Source: Ruminococcus sp.
GTDB taxonomy: Bacteria > Bacillota > Clostridia > Oscillospirales > Ruminococcaceae
Direction: 5' to 3'
Assembly: GCA_015066935.1 (NCBI GenBank)
Contig: SVNK01000010.1
Span: forward strand, 2,159-66,158
DNA length: 64,000 nucleotides
The notes under the pieces are model-generated. The model saw only the letters and a program-made list of their open reading frames with translations. It had not been told where the DNA came from and did no database searches. Below, piece by piece: positions 47,438 to 55,844 of the stretch (positions are counted from its first letter, which is position 1; every line of letters begins with the position of its first letter). The position numbers and the translations under genes are program-made.

Positions 47438-48631
47438 ATGAAAAAAACAATCCTGATTACAGCTGCTGTTTCGTTGCTTCTGACCACTGCCTGTTCGGGA
47501 CAGGCTCCGTTAAATAATACCGACGGAAATTCTGTATCTTCTTCGCAGCAAACCGCTGATTCTGAGTCTTCAAGTGTCAATATGCAGATTCAGTCCTCAA
47601 GCGACGACGCTCCCCGAAAAAGCTACACTCCGATTAATTATGAAACGCAGATAGGCATGTGGTTTCCGTATCTGTACTACGATGAATACATGAAAGGAAA
47701 GTCTGCCGATGAGTTCAGAGCAGCCGTAAGAGAGCTTTACTCCGAAGCAAAGAGAGAGTCGGTCAATACAGTCTATCTTCATGTCCGTCCGAATGGTGAC
47801 GCATACTATAAATCGGAGATTTTCCCTAAGGGTATCAGTCTTGACGGCGACTATGACCCTTTTCAGATTATGCTTGAGGAGGCTCACAAGCTGGGATTGT
47901 CCGTCCATGCGTGGATTAATCCTCTGAGACTCCAGACAGCTTCAGTCATGGAGACTGTTCCCAATAATTTCATTACAAAGCAATGGGCATCCGACCCGAA
48001 TTCACGGATAGTCCGAGAAGTCAACGGAAGGTTTTATCTTAATCCTGCCCGTGAGGAGACAGCTGAAATTCTCAGACAGAGCGTCGATGAGATTGTGTCA
48101 CAATACGACGTTGACGGAATCCATATTGATGATTACTTTTATCCTACTACAGACCCGCAGTTCGACAGCGTGGAATTCGAGGCAAGCGGCAGTTCCGACC
48201 TCGCAGAATGGCGTACCGACAATATCTCCCGACTTGTCAGAACGATTTACGATACAGTAAAGTCAAAGGACGACAGGATACTTTTCGGTATAAGTCCACA
48301 GGGCAGTATCAGCAACAATTATAACACGCAGTACGCTGATGTGAAACTCTGGGCAGGCAGCGATGACTACTGCGACTACATTGTTCCGCAGATTTATTAC
48401 GGATTCAGAAATTCAACAAATCCTTTCGCTGAAACTCTCGCTCAGTGGGAAAGTCTTACGGGAGAAAATGTGAAGCTGATTATAGGACTTGCCGCATATA
48501 AGCAGGGGAAATATGATAAGTGGGCAGGCGTTTCAGGTGAACAGGAATGGATAGAAGAATCAGATGTGATTCAGCGACAGACTGAGCTTGTAAAAAAGTC
48601 ATCAGCCGACGGTTATGCTCTTTACAAATGA
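47438..48631 (+). CDS. Lipoprotein, glycoside-hydrolase-like family 10 (GHL10/YngK-type)
   Basis: It has a lipobox (LLLTTAC), an S-rich linker and a TIM-barrel-like core (VYLHVRPNGDAYY, HAWINP, GIHIDDYFYP). Confidence 0.65.
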   Translation: MKKTILITAAVSLLLTTACSGQAPLNNTDGNSVSSSQQTADSESSSVNMQIQSSSDDAPRKSYTPINYETQIGMWFPYLYYDEYMKGKSADEFRAAVRELYSEAKRESVNTVYLHVRPNGDAYYKSEIFPKGISLDGDYDPFQIMLEEAHKLGLSVHAWINPLRLQTASVMETVPNNFITKQWASDPNSRIVREVNGRFYLNPAREETAEILRQSVDEIVSQYDVDGIHIDDYFYPTTDPQFDSVEFEASGSSDLAEWRTDNISRLVRTIYDTVKSKDDRILFGISPQGSISNNYNTQYADVKLWAGSDDYCDYIVPQIYYGFRNSTNPFAETLAQWESLTGENVKLIIGLAAYKQGKYDKWAGVSGEQEWIEESDVIQRQTELVKKSSADGYALYK

Positions 48632-48677
48632 TGTGTAATTAAGGAAGGAAAATTGTGAATTTTTTCACAATATACTA

Positions 48678-48706
48678 TTGACTTAAATGACGTATTATGA
48701 TATAAT
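48678..48706 (+). promoter_or_regulatory. Sigma-A promoter of the AGCS transporter gene
   Basis: TTGACT, 17-nt spacer, TATAAT. Confidence 0.6.
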
Positions 48707-48751
48707 TTTACTTGACAAACCGCTGTATTTGCGGCAGATTGGAGTAGAATT

Positions 48752-50173
48752 ATGGAAAGGCTGAATGGCATTATTACTGACATAAATGATTTTATCTGGG
48801 GAGTTCCTCTTGTTGTTGCCGTTTTTTTCTGCGGTATTCTTCTCACGATACGTCTGCGCTTTGTTCAGGTCCGCAAACTCGGCAAGGCACTGAAATTTAT
48901 CGTTAAAAATGAGGACACCGGAAGCGGAAATATTTCAAGCTTTGCTGCACTATGTACAGCTCTTTCCGCTACTGTCGGAACGGGAAATATTGTCGGAGTT
49001 GCTACTGCAATCGGCACAGGTGGTCCCGGAGCACTCTTCTGGATGGAGGTCGCTGCATTTTTTGGAATGGCAACAAAGTACGCCGAAGGTCTTCTTGCAG
49101 TGAAATACCGTGTAAAGAATGAAAACGGCGACTATATCGGAGGTCCGTTTTACTATATTGAAAACGGACTCGGCAGTAAATGGAAATGGCTTGCCAAGCT
49201 CTTTGCAGTGTTCGGACTTCTGGCAGGACTTATGGGTATAGGTACGATTACTCAGATTAACGGAATTACTTCCGCTGCAAACAACTTCTTTGACAAAGAT
49301 GCTTCCAACACTGTTTCACTTTTCGGACGTGACTATACTATAACAACAATTGCGGCAGGTCTTATTGTAACCGTTTTTGTTGCACTCATTGTTATAGGTG
49401 GAATCAAGCGCATTGCTAAGGTTTCGGAATTTGTGGTTCCTGCGATGATATTTGTTTATGTTGCATGCTGTCTTGTTATTATTTTTGGTCACATTACGGA
49501 AGTTCCCGATGCAATTGCAACGATTATCAGGAGTGCTTTCGGATTCCGTCAGTCGGCAGGCGGTTTTGCGGGATATGCTGTTATAAAAGCTTGTATGAGC
49601 AAGGGCGTTGAACGTGGAATCTTTTCTAATGAAGCAGGTCTTGGCTCTGCACCGATTGCTTCGGCTGCGGCAAGAACAAACGAGCCTGCACGTCAGGGAC
49701 TCGTTACTATGACCGGTACTTTCATTGATACTATAATTGTATGTACTATGACAGGTCTTGCTATCGTTATTGGCGGAAGCTATAACAAGGGACTTGAAGG
49801 CGTTGATATTACTATAGACGCATTCAGTTACGGTCTTCCTGTATCTGATAAAACTGCTGCGTTCATAATCATGGTATGTCTTTCATTCTTTGCGTTCACC
49901 ACAATTCTCGGTTGGAATTATTACTCTGAATGTTGTCTTTCATATCTTACAGGCTCGAACAAGAAAGCCTCAGCGGTATTTCGTTGGCTGTATGTTGCGG
50001 CTGTTTTCATTGGTCCCTATCTCACAATCGAAGCTGTATGGAGTCTTTCGGGTGTGTTCAACGGACTTATGGCGTTTCCAAATGTTATTGCTCTGATTGC
50101 ACTTTCGGGCGTCGTTACCGCTGAAACTAAGAGTTACCTGAAACGTCTAAAAGAAGGTAAGGCGGAGTCATAG
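48752..50173 (+). CDS. Alanine/glycine:cation symporter (AGCS family)
   Basis: 473 aa, polytopic, with AGCS signature-like GTGNIVGVATAIGTGGPGALFWM. Confidence 0.85.
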   Translation: MERLNGIITDINDFIWGVPLVVAVFFCGILLTIRLRFVQVRKLGKALKFIVKNEDTGSGNISSFAALCTALSATVGTGNIVGVATAIGTGGPGALFWMEVAAFFGMATKYAEGLLAVKYRVKNENGDYIGGPFYYIENGLGSKWKWLAKLFAVFGLLAGLMGIGTITQINGITSAANNFFDKDASNTVSLFGRDYTITTIAAGLIVTVFVALIVIGGIKRIAKVSEFVVPAMIFVYVACCLVIIFGHITEVPDAIATIIRSAFGFRQSAGGFAGYAVIKACMSKGVERGIFSNEAGLGSAPIASAAARTNEPARQGLVTMTGTFIDTIIVCTMTGLAIVIGGSYNKGLEGVDITIDAFSYGLPVSDKTAAFIIMVCLSFFAFTTILGWNYYSECCLSYLTGSNKKASAVFRWLYVAAVFIGPYLTIEAVWSLSGVFNGLMAFPNVIALIALSGVVTAETKSYLKRLKEGKAES

Positions 50174-50249
50174 TCGATAATAACAGAAGTCTGAATGACC
50201 GCAAGCGTTATTATGTTTTTATTATTCGTTTATACTTTTTTGAATGATG

Positions 50250-50284
50250 AAGCAAAGCTGTAGAAATATGGCTTTGCTTTTTTG
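50250..50284 (+). terminator. Intrinsic terminator
   Basis: Hairpin agcaaagc..gctttgct followed by T6. Confidence 0.75.
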
Positions 50285-50434
50285 TAATCAGAAAAAGGTT
50301 CCCCGAACGAAGTTCGGGGCAATAACCGCCTGCCGTCCTTCCGATGTTTTTGCGGATTCCGCATGGTATTCGCTGAATCTGAGTAAGATAGACAGTTGGA
50401 GAGACGTCACTGTAAGGATACGATTTCATTTTAA

Positions 50435-50464
50435 TTGACAATTGTTTGTGCTGTATGCTATAAT
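50435..50464 (+). promoter_or_regulatory. Consensus sigma-A promoter of the lipid operon
   Basis: TTGACA, 18-nt spacer, TATAAT. The predicted start site falls at the base of the hairpin at 50471-50527. Confidence 0.65.
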
Positions 50465-50470
50465 AAATTT

Positions 50471-50527
50471 AAGGCAACACCGCACAAAGACCGCCTGACG
50501 CACTGTCCTTTGTGCGGTGTTACCTTA
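50471..50527. repeat. Short form (hairpin) of the repeat family, placed at the predicted 5' end of the operon transcript
   Basis: aaggcaacaccgcacaaag..ctttgtgcggtgttacctt. Confidence 0.8.
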
Positions 50528-50543
50528 ATCTTATTATATTATT

Positions 50544-51218
50544 GTGGCGGTGATATTTTTGAAGAAACACAAAACATTCCTCTATCGATTCCTTCGTTTT
50601 TTGTTTGCACCACTGTTTCGGTTTCTTTTCCGTCCTGAAATCGTAGGAAAAGAGAATATCCCCGTAAGCGGCAGAGCTGTGATTGCAGGCAATCACAAGC
50701 ACGCATTTGACCCGATTCTCGTTGATATATGCACAAAACGTATTGTGCACACGCTTGCAAAAAAAGAGCTTCATGACGGCGCATTCGGTTTTATATTCCG
50801 TGGAGTGGGGACGATACCCGTTGACCTTCACAGTAAAGAAAACAAAGCTGCACTTGCTGCTGCGGTTGATGTGCTCAGGGGCGGCCATGTCGTAAATGTA
50901 TCTCCTGAGGCGAAGCGGAATTATACAGATGAACTGCTGCTTCCGTTCAAATACGGCACTGTATCTATGGCGCAGAAAACGAACAGTCCAATTGTTCCTT
51001 ATGCGATTTCGGGAGATTACAAGCTATTTTCAAATAATCTGAAGATTGTATTCGGAGAGCCGTTTTACACAGACGACAGGGAGCTTTCCGACGCAAACAG
51101 CGATCTGTATCATCGTGTGATGAAGCTGTTGATTGAGAACATGAGTCAATCGGAGCTGAAGAAAAAACATATCACAACGTTTGAAGAATGGAGCAGAAAA
51201 AATGAGAAAGCATCTTGA
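50544..51218 (+). CDS. plsC: Lysophospholipid (1-acyl-sn-glycerol-3-phosphate-type) acyltransferase
   Basis: An HX4D motif (NHKHAFD), a PEAKR block and a PIVP block are present. The start codon is uncertain (GTG 50544, or TTG 50559). Confidence 0.75.
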   Translation: MAVIFLKKHKTFLYRFLRFLFAPLFRFLFRPEIVGKENIPVSGRAVIAGNHKHAFDPILVDICTKRIVHTLAKKELHDGAFGFIFRGVGTIPVDLHSKENKAALAAAVDVLRGGHVVNVSPEAKRNYTDELLLPFKYGTVSMAQKTNSPIVPYAISGDYKLFSNNLKIVFGEPFYTDDRELSDANSDLYHRVMKLLIENMSQSELKKKHITTFEEWSRKNEKAS

Positions 51219-52848
51219 ATATCCCGATTGTTCGCTGTATGATTTCCTGAAACAAAATGCGAAGAATTATGAAAGCTCCTGCGCCCTGGAATATTTTGGC
51301 ATGAAGATTACATATCGCCGTTTGCTTGAGGAGATTCACCGCTGTGCCAAAGCTCTGCGACACATGGGAATACAAAATGGAGATACAGTATCGATCTGCC
51401 TGCCCAATATTCCACAAGCAGTGGTAGCTTTTTATGCGGTGAACTGCATCGGTGCAGTTGCAAATATGATTCATCCGCTTTCGGCTCAGGCAGAGATTCT
51501 GCATTATCTGACGGTTTCTCAAAGCCGCATGATCATCGCACTGGATATGACTTCGGAAAAAATACAGAAGGTTCTTCCGCAGACAAACGTTGCACATACG
51601 GTTTACGTCTCTGTTTCTGAGGAAATGCCTTTATATCTGAAGCTTGCGTATCATCTGACGAACCGTAAAAAAGCTGTTCTTCCCTGTGATGCTTTGGTAT
51701 GGAAAGATTTTCTTACACTTGATGGCTCGCAGGAGCTCGCTGCCGAATACCACGGAACAGGCAAGGAATGTGCTGTTATTCTGTACAGCGGCGGTACAAC
51801 GGGAAAGTCAAAGGGGATTATGCTTTCGAATCTTAATTTCAATGCGCTTGCACTTCAGAGCATCGAAAGCTGCGGCTGTCTGTGCAAAGGCGATAGGGTT
51901 CTCTCCATCATGCCGGTTTTTCACGGATTCGGACTTGGTGTGTGCATTCATACTGTACTGAATTTCGGAGGTACGGCAATCATTCTTCCGAAATTCAAGG
52001 CTTCTGAGTTTCATAAGCTTTTGTTCCGATATAAACCGAATGTTATTGCCGGCGTACCTGCGATATATGAGAGTCTGATACGCAGCAGAGCCTTTGAGGG
52101 CAAAGATTTTTCCTTTCTTAAATGTATAATTTCAGGCGGAGATTCTCTTGCCTCTGCCACTAAGGAGAAGCTGAACAGCCTGCTTGCCTCACATGGATGC
52201 AATGTAACTGTGCGTGAGGGCTATGGTCTGACTGAATGCGTTACAGGAAGCTGTCTTGTACCCGATCATTCAACTAAGCTTGACAGCGTAGGATTGCCCT
52301 ATCCCGATACGTTTTATCAGATTCTTGATCCCGAAAGCGGTGCGCCTCTGCCCGTAGGAGAGATTGGTGAAATTGTACTGCGTGGTCCGTCGGTTATGTT
52401 GGGTTATCTGAATGAACCTGCGGAAACTGCCGATACGCTCCGTCTGCACAGCGACGGGAATAAATGGCTTCATACCGGCGATCTGGGATACATGGACGAT
52501 GACGGCTATGTATATTTCCGACAGCGCCGCAAGAGGATGATTGTTTCCGGCGGATATAATATTTATCCCCAGATTATAGAAGAAATCATCAGTAGGCATC
52601 CTCAGGTTATGACGTGTGCCGTCGTTGGGATTCCCGATGAAATTATGGGACAGCGTGTCAAGGTTTATGCAGTGCTTTGCGGAGATGATTCGGATACGGA
52701 AAAGATTAAGACGGAGCTTATGGAAGCTTTGCGGCAGGAGATCGCAGGCTATGCATTGCCGCGCGAGATCGCCTTTGTGCCGTCTATGCCCCGAACCTTG
52801 GTCGGCAAAATTGCGTATACAGAACTGATTGGCATGGAGGAGCGTTAA
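51203..52848 (+). CDS. Acyl-AMP/acyl-CoA ligase (adenylate-forming enzyme)
   Basis: AMP-binding motifs are present: YSGGTTGKSKG, GYGLTE and TGDLGYMDDDGY. It overlaps the plsC-like gene. Confidence 0.85.
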
Positions 52849-52849
52849 T

Positions 52850-54190
52850 ATGCAGAACGATAAGCGATTTTTACTCATTCATCCCGAAATTTCACGTACA
52901 AAATATAATTTTGCAGGTGTCATTGATAATGAGCCGCTGGAGCTGGAATACCTCTATGCATTGCTCAGACAAAACGGCTATGAGCCTGATATCTGGGACG
53001 GACAGGTGGAGAAAATTCCGCTGACCGAAAAGCTCAGAGCATTTCAGCCGGAATATGTATATATATGCGGACGCACACGGCAGGAAAACTTCATGAAGGA
53101 ATACTGCGCATCAGCAAAGGAAATATGCGGCAGTACGGTTTTTATCGGCGGACTGCATGCACAGCATAATTTCCATCGTTTTTACATCAATACAGCAGAT
53201 TATATCTTAAAAACCTTTGATATTTACAAGGTTTTTGATATTCTGGACGGTATGTCGCTTTCGGATATTGATGGAATCTGCTACCGTGATGGTCAGAACT
53301 GGACGGAAAATCCGTCACATCCCTTTGATATAAAACGGCTGCCTCTGCCTGACCGCAGTTATTTCTATGCGCATTCAGACAGATACCGTTATCTTGAACT
53401 GCTGCCGTGTGCCCACGTGCGTACAGCGTATTCATGCCCGTTTCGCTGCAGATTCTGCTATCGGAACCGCCTCAACTGCGGCGTGTATTCCGCACGTCCC
53501 ATTGAGGAGGTTGTGGAAGAAATCCAAAGCATTGACTGTGATAACATATACTTTATTGATGACGATTTTCTTATTGACGAAGAACGCATTCGTACATTTA
53601 TACGTCTTGTGAAAGAGAGGGGGATTCATAAGAAATATGTCTGCTATGGCAGGGCGGATTTTATTGCAAAGCATCCTGAGCTTATGGTACAGCTCAAGGA
53701 AACAGGCTTTTATTATATACTGGTGGGACTTGAAGCAATTGATGATACATTCCTGAATGAATACAACAAATGTTGTGATATGAACAGCAATATCAGAGCC
53801 GTCAAGATTCTCAATAAAGTCGGAATTAATATCATGGGTATGTTTATAGTGGGGCTTGATTTTACAGCAAAGGATTTTTCAAAGCTTTATCGGTGGATCA
53901 AGCAGCATAAGCTTCGTCATACGGCGATTTCTATATTTACTCCTGAGTTTTCTTCAGAGCTTATGGAGGAATACAAAAGCCGCCTGATTACGGAAAATCC
54001 CGAAGCGTGGGATTATCTTCATGTTGTTGCGAAGCCGTCAAGTCTCAGCGTCAGACGGTATTATTTTCATTATCATGTACTACTGGTAAAGCTGTTTTTG
54101 AAAGGTCAGCGAGAAGGAATCTACGATTTTATTGATTACAGCTATTATCTGAAATCGTTTTTTAAAAATATGTTCCGATTCGGAGGGTAA
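52850..54190 (+). CDS. Cobalamin-binding-domain radical SAM enzyme (class B)
   Basis: The N-terminal part is B12-binding-like and Rossmann-type (FLLIHPE.. YICGRT). It is followed by CPFRCRFCY (CxxxCxxC). The start overlaps the ligase stop region. Confidence 0.75.
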   Translation: MQNDKRFLLIHPEISRTKYNFAGVIDNEPLELEYLYALLRQNGYEPDIWDGQVEKIPLTEKLRAFQPEYVYICGRTRQENFMKEYCASAKEICGSTVFIGGLHAQHNFHRFYINTADYILKTFDIYKVFDILDGMSLSDIDGICYRDGQNWTENPSHPFDIKRLPLPDRSYFYAHSDRYRYLELLPCAHVRTAYSCPFRCRFCYRNRLNCGVYSARPIEEVVEEIQSIDCDNIYFIDDDFLIDEERIRTFIRLVKERGIHKKYVCYGRADFIAKHPELMVQLKETGFYYILVGLEAIDDTFLNEYNKCCDMNSNIRAVKILNKVGINIMGMFIVGLDFTAKDFSKLYRWIKQHKLRHTAISIFTPEFSSELMEEYKSRLITENPEAWDYLHVVAKPSSLSVRRYYFHYHVLLVKLFLKGQREGIYDFIDYSYYLKSFFKNMFRFGG

Positions 54191-54214
54191 GCAAGTAAGT
54201 AAGGAGGAGACTTT

Positions 54215-54880
54215 ATGCCTCAGAAAAATACCGTAAAAAAAATTATTCCGAGCAGGCTTGAAACGGGATTCCAGCAATTTTTATACAAGCATGTCGGAAA
54301 GCATATCCCTGAAAGTATGACGCCAAACCGGATGACGCTTGTTGGTGCACTTGGCGGACTGTTTGCGATTATCTGCACTCTGTTGACGCACATCTCGCCG
54401 TTTTTCTTTTTGGGAACGCTGGCAGGTCTGCTCGTGCATATTGTGGCGGATGACCTTGACGGCTATATTGCAAGAAACAGGAATATGTCCTCAAAAGCAG
54501 GCGCATATTTCGACCTGATTACTGACGTTATGTTTTCCACATTTCTCCTGCTTGCACTTGGACTTTCGCCCTATGCCAATATGGAGGTAATGGCATTTGC
54601 CGCACCTGTGTACGGAATTATCAACGTTACCGCAATGAATTACATCATCTATTGTAATGAATTTCTGTTTCCTCGGCTTGGACCGATTGAGGCTCATCTT
54701 ACATATGGTGCGGTTGCGGTTCTGAGTATGATATTCTGCGGAAAATCATTCTTCTGCATATTCGGTATGAACATCATGATTGCGGATATTGTGCTGTTTA
54801 TAGGGCTTATTCCGATGTACTACGAAATGTTCCGTCTGCAGATTCAGCTGTTTCGTAGGCTCAGGGAATCAGAGAGATGA
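54215..54880 (+). CDS. CDP-alcohol phosphatidyltransferase family membrane protein
   Basis: The signature D(x)2DG(x)2AR(x)8G(x)3D(x)3D reads DDLDGYIARNRNMSSKAGAYFDLITD. Several TM segments are present. Confidence 0.85.
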   Translation: MPQKNTVKKIIPSRLETGFQQFLYKHVGKHIPESMTPNRMTLVGALGGLFAIICTLLTHISPFFFLGTLAGLLVHIVADDLDGYIARNRNMSSKAGAYFDLITDVMFSTFLLLALGLSPYANMEVMAFAAPVYGIINVTAMNYIIYCNEFLFPRLGPIEAHLTYGAVAVLSMIFCGKSFFCIFGMNIMIADIVLFIGLIPMYYEMFRLQIQLFRRLRESER

Positions 54881-55518
54881 AAACGATATATATTTGTCTT
54901 GTTGCGGCACATACGGGGCTCGGGAAATTCGTGCGGAGGCTCACAGACTATCCCTATACGCATATTGCGGTCAGTAAGGATGAAAGTCTGACGGATTTTG
55001 TGACCTACTCGCGCAGAAAGCATTATGTGCCTCTGGACGCAGGGTTTATGCATGAATACCGCGATTATTATGCATTCGGAAAACACAGAACTGTCCGCAT
55101 GAAAGTGTATGCTCTGCCTGTTTCTGAGGCTGCCTATGCACGTATTATGCAGTTTATAGGTGCTTGTGAAAGCGATGCCGCACAGATGTTTAATCTGTTT
55201 TCAATGGTCACCATGCCGTTATTTCATGGCTTTCGGATTTACAAGGCGCATAATTGCATGTCGTTTACGGCAAGAATTCTGGAGCTTTCCGAAACAGTAC
55301 CCATGAACAAGCCCTACTGGCGATATGATATACATGAGATGGACAGGCTTCTTGATGGACATCTTTATTTTGAGGGTGAACTTGAACGGACAGACTCTCC
55401 TGATTACGAAAGCTACATGGAGAAGCCTCCTTTTGCGAAAAGACTTTCCGTGTCTGCAAAAACTATTATAACACTGACAAAACGTTGTATGTTCGCACGC
55501 AGCAGAATCGAGGATTGA
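54877..55518 (+). CDS. Hypothetical protein with permuted His..Cys (LRAT/YaeF-type NlpC/P60-like) arrangement
   Basis: YPYTHIAVS is followed about 100 aa later by AHNCMSFTARIL, which resembles the NCEHF-type Cys motif. The ATGA overlaps the upstream stop. Confidence 0.4.
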   Translation: MKTIYICLVAAHTGLGKFVRRLTDYPYTHIAVSKDESLTDFVTYSRRKHYVPLDAGFMHEYRDYYAFGKHRTVRMKVYALPVSEAAYARIMQFIGACESDAAQMFNLFSMVTMPLFHGFRIYKAHNCMSFTARILELSETVPMNKPYWRYDIHEMDRLLDGHLYFEGELERTDSPDYESYMEKPPFAKRLSVSAKTIITLTKRCMFARSRIED

Positions 55519-55844
55519 TACAGAATGAGGTCGATATTATCCGAACAAATGCGGTGCTCTCCACGAAGTATTTCATGCTGTTTGCACGTATTGAGAGCCT
55601 TATTGCGGGTGAATCCATCGAAACGGTATTGCTGCGTGCAACAGTTGGATTCCGAATCAATATGACGGAGATTCTGAAAGGCTTCGGCTTTTCTCATGTT
55701 TATACAGCGGTGGATGAAACAGAAGTCAAACGGTGTCCGGCATATCTCAGCGAGCAGCCGAAATCAGCTATGGTTATCTGCGCACTGCAGGGCTTACGTG
55801 CATACCTTGGCAGAACTACGGTTTCTCCGCCGGATAATAAAAGA

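Noticed and set aside
48632-48751. A possible glycine or amino-acid riboswitch upstream of the alanine/glycine symporter.
   Set aside because: The 5' UTR downstream of the TTGACT-17-TATAAT promoter is only about 40 nt with one small hairpin. That is too short for a glycine riboswitch.
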